A stretch of DNA of 41,401 bases from the NCBI GenBank assembly GCA_013166835.1, contig JABLTI010000014.1:1-41401 (forward strand), given 5' to 3'. The notes below the pieces were generated by a model, which saw nothing but the letters and a program-made list of their open reading frames with translations, made no database searches and was not told where the DNA came from. The stretch comes from Promethearchaeati archaeon (GTDB lineage: Archaea; Asgardarchaeota; Heimdallarchaeia; JABLTI01). Shown here piece by piece: positions 1 to 9,564 of this stretch. Numbering within the stretch: the stretch's first letter is position 1; each line of letters begins with the position of its first letter. The position numbers and the translations under genes were made by a program.

Positions 1-177
1 AAGGTTTAAATCTTTCGTTTATACCGCTTATCACTATATTTTTCTTAGATATAGAACCAAATTTATAATGTATTTAAATGCTTTTTCAATAGTTTCTGTA
101 TTTTACTCAGAACTTTTAATTGTTGGATTGCGAGTATTTAATGCAAAAAAACATAAGATGCTTCGAGTGGAGAAAGA

Positions 178-504
178 ATGAGTTCCCGACGTGAGAAACA
201 AGCAACTAAAAAGATAGCTCAAGAACGTATTGAAATTCTTTTAACCTTAGCTGATGGAATTTATTCTGAAGACCCAGAGTTAGCACAAAGATACGGAGAT
301 TTAGCAAGAAAAATCGTTATGAAAGCTAGAATTCGTATGCCTGAAAAATGGCGAATTAGATTTTGTAGGAAGTGCAAGAAATATCTGTATCCAGGTATAA
401 CAACTCATGTTCGAATTAAATCAGGTGCTTCTTCTCGAGTAGTTTATTATTGTGATATTTGTAATATAGGGAAAAAATCAAAACAATTCAGTAAATCATC
501 TTAA
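178..504 (+). CDS. rnp4: RNase P protein component 4 (Rpp21/Rpr2)
   Basis: IAQERIEIL, LAQRYGDLARKIVMKARIRMP, Zn ligands FCRKC and YCDIC, YLYPG. Confidence 0.93.
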   Translation: MSSRREKQATKKIAQERIEILLTLADGIYSEDPELAQRYGDLARKIVMKARIRMPEKWRIRFCRKCKKYLYPGITTHVRIKSGASSRVVYYCDICNIGKKSKQFSKSS

Positions 505-628
505 TGTAAATTCGTTGCCTTATAATGCAGAAAACCAAAACTACTTATTGTTATATTCAGATATTCCCTTAATTAAAGATGTAATTTCCTTACTAATTAG
601 TTAGATAGAAATTAAATTGGTGTAAATC

Positions 629-1477
629 ATGCATAGTTCTATTGATTGCCGAAAAATTGTTGTTTTAGGCAGTCCGAATGTGGGAAAGACTAGTATCATT
701 CAAAGATACGTTCACAATCAATTCAAGGATAGCTATGCAGCAACCTTAGGATTCAATATTTACACTAGATACATAACTATCGCTGATAAACAAGTGGGGT
801 TATCCATCTGGGATGTTGGGGGGCAAGAAGCATTCAAGAAATTTGCTTTTAGATACTTGATTGAAGCTGATGCAGCGATTTTTGTTTCCGATGTCACCAA
901 ACCAGAAACAATTGATGACCTTGTAGTCTGGAACGAGAAATTGAATGAAATTTTGAATCGTAAAATCCCAAAGATTATCCTCTTTAACAAAATTGATATG
1001 GATTTCGATTTGAATGTAATCTCTGATAGATTAACCCAATCAAAAGCTAGGGCAGAATTTCATGGGATGGTTTTTGCTAGTGCGAAAACAGGTCAGAATG
1101 TTATAGATATATTTTCTATGATTGCTAAAATGTTAACTAGTTGGGATGAAACATTTGGTGTGCCAAAGAAACAAATGATTAACTTTAATGGAGCTTTTGA
1201 GGACAGAAGTTTACCTATTGTTTTCTTTTCCAATGACAGCTGTACTTGGTGTAAGCCAGTTTTAGAGTGTATTAATAGTCTTTCAGCAGAATTTCCTCTT
1301 GACATTAAACAAATTAATGTAGATATAAACAAGGATTTGGCTTCTGAGTATGGAATTCAATCATTGCCAACAACAATCATTGGAAATAAAACTGTTGTTG
1401 GGGATTCAGATGGGAGAATCTTTAGATCCATTATAACCGATGAATTTTTCCGATTATTTGCAGAGAAGATTCAGTAA
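629..1477 (+). CDS. Rab/Ras-like small GTPase fused to a C-terminal thioredoxin/glutaredoxin domain
   Basis: G1 GSPNVGKT, G2 ATLG, G3 WDVGGQE, G4 NKID, G5 SAK; C-terminal FFSNDSCTWCK...INVD...YGIQSLPT (CxxC plus cis-Pro loop). Confidence 0.9.
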   Translation: MHSSIDCRKIVVLGSPNVGKTSIIQRYVHNQFKDSYAATLGFNIYTRYITIADKQVGLSIWDVGGQEAFKKFAFRYLIEADAAIFVSDVTKPETIDDLVVWNEKLNEILNRKIPKIILFNKIDMDFDLNVISDRLTQSKARAEFHGMVFASAKTGQNVIDIFSMIAKMLTSWDETFGVPKKQMINFNGAFEDRSLPIVFFSNDSCTWCKPVLECINSLSAEFPLDIKQINVDINKDLASEYGIQSLPTTIIGNKTVVGDSDGRIFRSIITDEFFRLFAEKIQ

Positions 1478-1557
1478 GTCTTATTTTCTATTTTTATTGT
1501 TCGCTCATGAGGAAAGTTTTTTGTAATGGTACACTTTTGAATGATTAACAATACTAC

Positions 1558-2349
1558 TTGGTGAACTCAGAAATGAAAATCAATGAGGGAGACTTCGTTC
1601 TAATCTCAGCTTCCGCAGAGAAAAAATGGTTGGTTAAAATCGAAAAAGATAAAGAATTCCACACTCATAAAGGGTCAATTCTCCTGAAAGATCTTATAGG
1701 TTTAGAATTTGGTTCAAGTATTGTAAATAATAAAGGATCTACTTTTTTTCTTTGGAAACCCATACCAGCTGATTATGTTAATTCCATTTCACATTCAACT
1801 CAAATTATCTATCAAACTGATATAGCACAGATAATTTTTAGTGCAGGTATCTGTAGTGGTAAAAGAGTAATAGAAGCAGGTACGGGTAGTGGTGGTTTAA
1901 CATCTGCATTAGCACGATATGTTAAGCCAGATGGACGAATCTTTTCTTATGATATAAAAGAGGAACATCAAAAAGTTGCTCGAAAAAACATCGAGAAATT
2001 AGAACTCTTGGATTTTGTGGATTTTAAAATTAGAGATGCTGCGAAGGGATTTGATGAAATGGATGTTGATGCAATAATTCTAGATTTACCAACTCCTTGG
2101 GAAATCATCGATTCAGCTAACAAATCATTAATGGGAGGAGGAATCTTACTTGTTTTTGTTCCAACTTATACTCAAGTGGATCAAACAATAGAAAAGATGG
2201 TTAAGAGTAATTTTTATCAAATTGAAGCATTTGAAGTTATTAGAAGAGACTTAACCACAAAAATCGGAGCTATTAGACCTATAACCAGGATGGTTGGATT
2301 TACAGCATTCTTTGTTGTTGGGAGAAAGGGGATTCCCTTGAAGAAATGA
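1558..2349 (+). CDS. trmI: tRNA (adenine-N1, A57/58) methyltransferase TrmI
   Basis: FHTHKG, TQIIY, SAM motif EAGTGSGGLT, LDLPTPW. Confidence 0.93.
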   Translation: MVNSEMKINEGDFVLISASAEKKWLVKIEKDKEFHTHKGSILLKDLIGLEFGSSIVNNKGSTFFLWKPIPADYVNSISHSTQIIYQTDIAQIIFSAGICSGKRVIEAGTGSGGLTSALARYVKPDGRIFSYDIKEEHQKVARKNIEKLELLDFVDFKIRDAAKGFDEMDVDAIILDLPTPWEIIDSANKSLMGGGILLVFVPTYTQVDQTIEKMVKSNFYQIEAFEVIRRDLTTKIGAIRPITRMVGFTAFFVVGRKGIPLKK

Positions 2350-2455
2350 GTTTCAAATCTGTCCGTAAAATAAAGAATTTTCTCTGCATTCATCTTCAAA
2401 ATAAACGAAAAGATTAAAGTAATTCCCTTTTCAAATTGCAATTGGTTATAGACAG

Positions 2456-3886
2456 ATGAAGTTGCCTGACAAAGAAAAAGAATTTCTGCAATGGTATACC
2501 GCTGTAATAGAATACGCAAACATTGTTGATAAGCGATCTCCCGTGAAGGGATCGAATGTTATTATGCCTTATGGGTATTCGATCTGGGAATCCATTGTAG
2601 CAAAATTAGATGGAGAATTAAAAGCCACCGGACATAAGAATGCTTATTTTCCATTATTCATTCCTGAAGATTATCTCGAGAAAGAAGCAGAGCATTTTGA
2701 AGGATTTATTCCTGAAGTTGCTTGGGTAACTAGAGCCGGAGATAGAGAATTAGACAGAAAACTAGCTCTTCGTCCAACTTCTGAAACAATTATGTATGAA
2801 ATGTTTAGACTGTGGATTAGAAGCCATGGAGATTTACCTTTAAAAATAAATCAATGGTGTAATATCATTCGATTTGATACTAAAGAAACAAAACCGTTAC
2901 TTCGAGATCGTGAATTTCTGTGGTCAGAAGGTCATACCTGCCATTCAACTGCAAAAGAAGCAGAAGAACAAGTTAGGGAATCCATGGAACTCTATGAAGC
3001 AGTATATAGAGAAAGCTGTATGTCATATTTGATTGTAAGAAGACCAAAATATGATACATTTGCAGGAGCAATCTATTCAATTGCATATGACTGCCCATTA
3101 CCAGATGGTCGAACATTACAAATCGGTACCACTCATAATCTTGGGCAAGGATTTAGTAAAGCCTTTAACATCACATTCCAAGACAAAGATAAGAAAAACA
3201 AAAATGTCTATCAAACTTGTTATGGATTATCTACAAGATTAATTGCGGCAATCGTTGGAATGCATGGTGATGAGAAGGGATTAATTATTCCTCCTTACAT
3301 CGCTCCAATTCAAATTGTGATTGTTCCAATTTATCAGAAAGAACAAAGAGAAGAAGTCATCAAAGCCAGCGAGAAAATGCTTAAGAAATTACTGAAAGCT
3401 GGTTTAAAAGTTGAATTAGATAAAAGGGAAGGATACACTCCTGGTTGGAAATTCAATGAATGGGAAGTTCGAGGAGTACCTATCAGGTTAGAACTCGGAC
3501 CTCGAGATATTGAAAACGACCAAGTCGTTCTTGTCCGAAGAGATACTGGTGAAAAAATATCTGTTCCTATGAAAGATACCGCGAAAAAAGCTGAGAAAAT
3601 CTTAGAGGAAATTCATGACTTCCTACAAAAACGTGCTGATAAACTCCTAGAGGATAGTATAAGTCATCCAAAAGATTACAAAGAACTTGTAAATATTCAG
3701 AAAACAAAACGTGGCTTCAGCAGAGTTAATTGGTGTGGAGACGAAGCTTGTGCAGAGAAAGTAAAAGATGATACAGGTGCAGATGTAAGGGGAACTCGAG
3801 AAGATAAAAAAGAAAAACCAGATGGCGTCTGCATTATTTGTGGAACTAAAGCAAAAGAAGTAGTTTACATAGCTTCCGCTTATTAG
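2456..3886 (+). CDS. proS: Proline-tRNA ligase, archaeal/eukaryotic type
   Basis: LRPTSET, DLPLKINQWCN, REFLWSEGHT, QIGTTHNLG, C-terminal Zn site WCG..C..CIICG ending in AY. Confidence 0.97.
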   Translation: MKLPDKEKEFLQWYTAVIEYANIVDKRSPVKGSNVIMPYGYSIWESIVAKLDGELKATGHKNAYFPLFIPEDYLEKEAEHFEGFIPEVAWVTRAGDRELDRKLALRPTSETIMYEMFRLWIRSHGDLPLKINQWCNIIRFDTKETKPLLRDREFLWSEGHTCHSTAKEAEEQVRESMELYEAVYRESCMSYLIVRRPKYDTFAGAIYSIAYDCPLPDGRTLQIGTTHNLGQGFSKAFNITFQDKDKKNKNVYQTCYGLSTRLIAAIVGMHGDEKGLIIPPYIAPIQIVIVPIYQKEQREEVIKASEKMLKKLLKAGLKVELDKREGYTPGWKFNEWEVRGVPIRLELGPRDIENDQVVLVRRDTGEKISVPMKDTAKKAEKILEEIHDFLQKRADKLLEDSISHPKDYKELVNIQKTKRGFSRVNWCGDEACAEKVKDDTGADVRGTREDKKEKPDGVCIICGTKAKEVVYIASAY

Positions 3887-3986
3887 AACTACTTTTTTCT
3901 TCAACTTTTCTCAAATAGTAAGGTATAATAAGATTTAGCGCACAAATTAGCATAGTTAAGCATTTTTCTGAAGGATAGAATCGAAA

Positions 3987-4400
3987 ATGACTCATGATCC
4001 CGAATTACAAAAGAAGATATACCAAATTCTCCGAGAAATTGGAGAATATACAGATTTAGATGCTCTAGCAGTGATAAATCGTGAAGGGATGAAAATATCT
4101 TTCTTTGCAAAGAAAGGAATAGATCCTGATTTGCTCTCAGCAATTTCAGCAGCGATTCTTTCTACAGGAGAAAAAGCTGTTTCATATAATGATCATGGGG
4201 GATTATTAGAAGTATTAGTAAGAGGAGAAAAAGGCTACACTATTCTTTCAAATGCTGGTGAGTATATTCTTATTGGAACCTCGTTAGAACTTAATTCCAT
4301 GGGTTTGACAATAAGAGTACTAAGAAAGTATGCAAGCAAATTACACGATATTATCAGTGGAGACGTCCCTGACGAAATTGGTCCTATTAGTTTGGATTAG
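3987..4400 (+). CDS. Roadblock/LAMTOR2 (MglB-like) domain protein
   Basis: AVINREG..ISF, DPDLLSAISAAILSTGEKA, LLEVLVRGEKGYTIL, NSMGL; 137 aa. Confidence 0.88.
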   Translation: MTHDPELQKKIYQILREIGEYTDLDALAVINREGMKISFFAKKGIDPDLLSAISAAILSTGEKAVSYNDHGGLLEVLVRGEKGYTILSNAGEYILIGTSLELNSMGLTIRVLRKYASKLHDIISGDVPDEIGPISLD

Positions 4401-4423
4401 AAAATAAGGAAACGGGTTAACTC

Positions 4424-5698
4424 ATGACAATTCCCTTCGAACTTCAAATGATTCATAAACAATCTGGTGTTCAGTTGTTTTCACATAGGTTTCGAGAGGA
4501 TATCAAACTTGATCCAACACTGATTTCTGGTTTTATCTCTGCAGTCATTCATTTTACAGAGGAATTGAAACCCTCTGAAGGAAAAGAGATGCTTAAATTC
4601 ATTGATCGGGGGGATTTTGTTTTACAAGTGGAACCCGGTGGTCTTGTAATTGGACTTTTGATTTTGAGCAGTAAAGATAACTCTTTCAAAGAAAAACTAA
4701 AGATACTTGTTACTGAATTTGAAAGGAAATATCATAAAGAAATCCTGAATTGGTCTGGATTTTCGTCTTGTTTTACTGACTTCGAGGAAGATGTTGTTCA
4801 ATTAATCTCTAGCAAACCCTTAAGTCCATATCATATTCCTAAATTGGTGAATTCTGATCGAGCCCCTAGTAAAATTGATGATATCAAATGGGCTATTATT
4901 ACTAAAATAGATGGTCAGAATGATATCAATGCTATAAGTGAAGAATTGGATATTAGTGTAGAAGTTGTCCAAGGTATAATTGCTTATTTTGAAGAATCCG
5001 GATTAGTGAAAACACACTTCGAATTAACTAATGATAGTGTTATAGAAATAGCTAAAAAAGGATTGAATGCTTTAGAAGTTGGTTCTGAAGATTATAGGGA
5101 ATTAGTCAGTGAAATTGGTGAAGTGGGATTAAAAGTTCTCTCTGTAATTGGAACAGAACGACCACTTGTTGATATAAGATCTGATGTAGGAATTCACAAT
5201 GATGAAATTATCGTGTTAATTGAAAAACTCGTTTCATCACGTTATATAGAAATCTTACCCAAGTGGAAAGTTGTTTTAGATAAGAAAGCATTTCATTTTA
5301 CACGTTCTTTAGAGTTCATTGATGACTTATTCCAGCTAATTTATGATGAATCCGATAATTGGTTGGATAACAGAGAACTTGAAAGAATGAAAGGAAACAC
5401 ATTTGGATTATTAATCATTAAAGACGAAGGTTTAGCTAAGATGGTTAGTGATCATGATGAGTATTTTGTTGACAGAAATAATCTAAAGAAATTATTAACT
5501 CAAATGGGTAGTCTCGAAGCAGTGATTATTCGCTTGGAAGGATTATTTAAAACTATGCAATCAAATATCGAAAAAGAAATTGGATCCAATCTTACCAAAG
5601 ATATTCTCTGTAAAGTACACAAGCGTTTAGAAGACGATTATTCTGAACTTATCGAACAACAAGCAGAACTTGAAGATATGCTAAATTGGTTACGATGA
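4424..5698 (+). CDS. Longin-domain protein with winged-helix repeats (NPRL2/NPRL3-like architecture)
   Basis: N-terminal SGVQLFSHRF...DPTLISGFISAVIHF (longin-like), then PYHIP...IITKIDGQNDINAISEELDISVEVVQGIIAYFEESGLV (wHTH) and a second wHTH-like segment. Confidence 0.7.
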   Translation: MTIPFELQMIHKQSGVQLFSHRFREDIKLDPTLISGFISAVIHFTEELKPSEGKEMLKFIDRGDFVLQVEPGGLVIGLLILSSKDNSFKEKLKILVTEFERKYHKEILNWSGFSSCFTDFEEDVVQLISSKPLSPYHIPKLVNSDRAPSKIDDIKWAIITKIDGQNDINAISEELDISVEVVQGIIAYFEESGLVKTHFELTNDSVIEIAKKGLNALEVGSEDYRELVSEIGEVGLKVLSVIGTERPLVDIRSDVGIHNDEIIVLIEKLVSSRYIEILPKWKVVLDKKAFHFTRSLEFIDDLFQLIYDESDNWLDNRELERMKGNTFGLLIIKDEGLAKMVSDHDEYFVDRNNLKKLLTQMGSLEAVIIRLEGLFKTMQSNIEKEIGSNLTKDILCKVHKRLEDDYSELIEQQAELEDMLNWLR

Positions 5699-5736
5699 GA
5701 AAATAAAAGAGAAATGGTTGTTTTTTCAACATTTCT

Positions 5737-6954
5737 CTAAGCGGTTTTTATGAATCTCTCTAAGCGATTCATGGCTTCATCAATCATTTCTTCTTGTGAT
5801 AAGAATACAAGACGGAAATGATTTTTCCCAAATTCTTTACCAAATCCACTTCCAAATACGGAAACTACTCCTTCATCTTTGAGGAAACTTAAAATGAAAT
5901 CTTTATCAGTTTTATATTTACCAAGCTTATCTATATGTGGAAAGATATAGAACGCTGCTTCTGGTTTTTCCGTAGAAATACCATCAATTTCATTCAATCG
6001 TTTATAGATTAAATCTCTTCTCTTTCTTAGTTTTGCAACTGTATCCTTTATATGATCTTGTGGACCCTTTAAGGCTTCAACGCAACCATATTGAGCTGGT
6101 GTGTTTACACACAATCTTAACCTACCCAATTTTATGATTCCATCATAAACATCTCTAATTTTATCCTCTGGATCCTGGAGATACACATAACCAATCCGCC
6201 ATCCTGGCATTAAGTAAACCTTGGAAAAGCCATTCATCATGAATAAGGGAACATCTTTTGCCACTGAGGGCATACCTATGAATTTTTGATCCATTGTAAG
6301 TCGATCATAAATCTCATCAGCAATGATAGGTATATCGTGCTCTCCAGCAATATCAGCAATTGCTTTCAATTCTTTTTCCCGATACACTGCTCCGGTTGGG
6401 TTATTTGGATTAATTATCAAAATTGCTTTTGTTTTCTCATTCACTTTTTTCCTTATATCTTCAGTGTCAGGCTGCCAATTATCATCACTAATAGTTCTAT
6501 ATGTGACTGCTTGAGCATCATAGAACTTTGGATAGGCTGAGTAGGATGGATAGGCAGGTCCTGGTATAAGGATCTCATCACCAGGTGTCAATAATGATCC
6601 GAGTAAAAACATAATGCCTTCAGAAATTCCAGCGGTAACATGAATATCCTCAATAGGAAGATCTTTGGCCCCATTAATTTTCATTTCTTTTTCTGCAATA
6701 GCCTCTCTTAGCGGGACGATGCCTTGAGATTCCGAATAAAAACTCTTGTTCTCATTTGCTGCTTTAATAAACGCTTCAACAATATTTGGAGGAGTTTCAA
6801 AATCGTATTTATTGGGATCCCCAATATTTAACCAAATAAGATCTTTCCCTTGAGCAACTAATTTTCTTGCTTCGGCACTAACATCTCTTATAGCATATTC
6901 TAAAGATTGAACTCGAGCTGCTTGCTTCACTTTAATTAACTCCAATTTTTGCAT
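5737..6954 (-). CDS. Class I/II PLP-dependent aminotransferase (AlaA/AspC-like)
   Basis: LNIGDP, NPNNPTG, DEIY, NGFSK..MPGWRIG (PLP lysine). Confidence 0.93.
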   Translation of the reverse strand: MQKLELIKVKQAARVQSLEYAIRDVSAEARKLVAQGKDLIWLNIGDPNKYDFETPPNIVEAFIKAANENKSFYSESQGIVPLREAIAEKEMKINGAKDLPIEDIHVTAGISEGIMFLLGSLLTPGDEILIPGPAYPSYSAYPKFYDAQAVTYRTISDDNWQPDTEDIRKKVNEKTKAILIINPNNPTGAVYREKELKAIADIAGEHDIPIIADEIYDRLTMDQKFIGMPSVAKDVPLFMMNGFSKVYLMPGWRIGYVYLQDPEDKIRDVYDGIIKLGRLRLCVNTPAQYGCVEALKGPQDHIKDTVAKLRKRRDLIYKRLNEIDGISTEKPEAAFYIFPHIDKLGKYKTDKDFILSFLKDEGVVSVFGSGFGKEFGKNHFRLVFLSQEEMIDEAMNRLERFIKTA

Positions 6955-7178
6955 GCAATGATTATGTTTGACTTATTTAATAGAACGAGAAAGCTTAATT
7001 TTCATCAAATATAAATTATATGTTTAATTGTACCTTGTACTGATTTCTGAAATAACAACTATTAATTTGCATTATTCTTATGTAGAGTAAAAACTAATTT
7101 TATCGGCAATTTGAGGTGATTGTCAAAATATTTTTAATTAGGTGAGAGGTTTTTGATTCAGCTTGCTCAAAAAAGTAG

Positions 7179-7817
7179 GTGGGAATTAGATTGTCAGCTG
7201 AAGAAGAACGAATCAAGCAAATGATAGATGACATTTTAAAGAATGCAAAAATTGAAGCAGATAAGATCCTAAAGGATGCCAATGAACAAACTAAAGAGAT
7301 TCTACAAAGAGGTCAAGATGCTGCTGAAAAAGAGAAGAATAGTATTCTCGAAACTGAATTAAAAAAAGTTACTGAAATTGAAAAACAGCAAATTGCATCT
7401 ATAAATTTGCAAGCAAGAAGGGAGATTTTACAAAAGAAAGAAGAGGAAATTAAAATAGCATTCGATTTAGCTGAAACAGAATTGAAAAACTTCCCCAAAA
7501 AAGCAGCTTATGCAAAAGTGCTTGAAGCTCTCATAATTGAAGGAGGTATAGCACTTGATGGGGGTGTAATTTCCATCAAAACAAGGAAGGGCGATGCAAC
7601 CAAAATCAAGGATTTAACAAGCATTGCTAAAGCTATTACTAAAGCTTGTGGGAATAAATGCACTCTTAAAATTTCAAAAGAAACTATTGATGCAATGGGT
7701 GGAGTAATCCTTCAAACTGAAGATGAAACAATAACCATTGATAATACTTTTGAAGCACGATTAGAACAAAAATATCGACTAATTCGCACAGAAGTTGCTA
7801 ATACATTATTTGGATAA
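7179..7817 (+). CDS. atpE: A/V-type ATP synthase subunit E (true start probably TTG at 7191)
   Basis: Charged N-terminal helix, ARREIL, C-terminal MGGVIL...IDNTFEARL..EVANTLFG; AGGTGG SD-like element at 7177-7182. Confidence 0.9.
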   Translation: MGIRLSAEEERIKQMIDDILKNAKIEADKILKDANEQTKEILQRGQDAAEKEKNSILETELKKVTEIEKQQIASINLQARREILQKKEEEIKIAFDLAETELKNFPKKAAYAKVLEALIIEGGIALDGGVISIKTRKGDATKIKDLTSIAKAITKACGNKCTLKISKETIDAMGGVILQTEDETITIDNTFEARLEQKYRLIRTEVANTLFG

Positions 7818-7926
7818 TTAAAGCAAGATACCGATTAACAAAATTTCATTATGAAGAAATGTTTTAAAAGGCAATTAACTAAAAAAGAATTATTGCCTCT
7901 ATCAACAAATATTGGTGTAACCTCCA

Positions 7927-8523
7927 ATGAAAAGAAAGATACTACTACCGATTGCCATGCTCGCTGTTATGCTTACAACAGCTTTTGTAATTCAACCAGA
8001 AATTGCTAAAGTGTCAGCGAATTTAGGGGATATCCTAATCTATAACAGACTTCTCCCTGTAGGAGACGTTTACCGTTATGATACAATTATATTTGGAGTA
8101 ACATTACATAATAATTCAACTACAAACTACTACTTGTCGCAAATCAGAGCTAATTTCTATGCCTCAGATAGTAGATCCAATGTAACGCATTATTATGAGT
8201 ACCTCTTTCAACACGACGTTACTCGAGATGAACTTCCCCCGCAACTAGCTCGAACAATCTCTTTTCAAGCAACAATTGAGGAAGAGCTAAGGGTTCAAGA
8301 TAACTATACTGTAATGTTAATGGTTAGTTTTTATGAAGAAGGTCATGAAGAAGGCCCCTTTACAAGACAAGTTGGAGAAAACGCTACAATCAATATCAAA
8401 ATTCATCGTATTAATGCACCGGATTATATCTGGATTGTATTAGTGTTATTATCATTAGGAATTCTATCATTCGTTGTAGTAGGTTTGGTTGGCTGGATTA
8501 AGGAAAGAAGAAGTAAGCAGTAA
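7927..8523 (+). CDS. Type I membrane-anchored surface (glyco)protein
   Basis: Signal peptide MKRKILLPIAMLAVML, beta-rich ectodomain with five N-x-S/T sequons, C-terminal TM helix and basic tail KERRSKQ. Confidence 0.75.
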   Translation: MKRKILLPIAMLAVMLTTAFVIQPEIAKVSANLGDILIYNRLLPVGDVYRYDTIIFGVTLHNNSTTNYYLSQIRANFYASDSRSNVTHYYEYLFQHDVTRDELPPQLARTISFQATIEEELRVQDNYTVMLMVSFYEEGHEEGPFTRQVGENATINIKIHRINAPDYIWIVLVLLSLGILSFVVVGLVGWIKERRSKQ

Positions 8524-8545
8524 ATTATTATTTGAATTTCATATT

Positions 8546-9541
8546 TTAAAGAACTACAACACGCTTAGCTGAGATAATAACTTGATACTTCCTTTGATCT
8601 ATAGTTCTGTATGAGATATGTATGCTTGGGAGTATAATGTACTCCTCTTTCTTTGGCTTGATTTTAAAAGTTTCAAGGATAGCTGATTCATAATTTAATT
8701 GATCAACAATCCTTCGTGGATACATAGATAGTATTTCGAATTCATTAGTCGGTGGCAAAGCAAGATCTACTAGATAGGCAATTCCATCGCCGATATTAGA
8801 GATTTTTACCTGGACGTAATTTTCTTTCTTATATTGTAATGGTGTAGAAATAACATATTCTGCTACAACATTAGGTAAGGCATTTTTCTCAGATGCAAGT
8901 AAATCTCCTATATCAGCAATTGCAAGATGTGGGGGACTAATCCCTTCTAATGCATAAAGAGCTGCTAAATCTTCATAAGCAATTACATCTGAATATGATC
9001 TTTCAATACCTGCATCTAGTAATAATTCTTTGAGGGCTGCAGGATATGTTGTATCCAGATCTGTTGAAATATCTAATTCACGATATTCCCGACCTTTTGA
9101 ATAATCCATGAAAACTTGATATCCATGAACCCCAGGTTCTATTGTACTGATTTTCGTTGGATCGCAAACTAAAGCAATGGCATTTTCAAATAAGCTTTGC
9201 TGATTTCTCTGTGTTCGTATATCTACACTAGACATGAAGAATCCAAATGAGGGATGACTGTGGAACCAGCCTACAATAATAGCATCTATTTTATCTGCTT
9301 CTTCAGCTATTTTTGGTATTATAGTATAATCAGACATTTCTACAAAAATTGAACTACCACTAGTCATGGGGATTGCTCTCAAAACAGTAGCAGTTTCTCC
9401 CTCAATAGTACCAATCAGCCAACCAATTACTTCTCGCCATTGCCTATAAGGCCTGTTTGGATTCGCATATTCAATTACGTACTTGAACATTTCATCGTAG
9501 GCTTCTTTGGTAACAATGACTGATTGTATCATATTAACCAA
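8546..9541 (-). CDS. JAMM/MPN+ metalloisopeptidase (Rpn11/CSN5-like) with C-terminal Ig-like domain (probable ATG start 9532)
   Basis: EVIGWLIG, VGWFHSHPSFGFFMSSVDI.TQ, ALVCDP; C-terminal VKISNIGDGIAY...LPSIHISY. Confidence 0.88.
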   Translation of the reverse strand: MVNMIQSVIVTKEAYDEMFKYVIEYANPNRPYRQWREVIGWLIGTIEGETATVLRAIPMTSGSSIFVEMSDYTIIPKIAEEADKIDAIIVGWFHSHPSFGFFMSSVDIRTQRNQQSLFENAIALVCDPTKISTIEPGVHGYQVFMDYSKGREYRELDISTDLDTTYPAALKELLLDAGIERSYSDVIAYEDLAALYALEGISPPHLAIADIGDLLASEKNALPNVVAEYVISTPLQYKKENYVQVKISNIGDGIAYLVDLALPPTNEFEILSMYPRRIVDQLNYESAILETFKIKPKKEEYIILPSIHISYRTIDQRKYQVIISAKRVVVL

Positions 9542-9564
9542 CCTCGATATTTCTTCTACCTTTA

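Noticed and set aside
760-7498. Numerous 60-100 aa nested or antisense ORFs
   Set aside because: Overlap well-supported genes and have no independent coding signal
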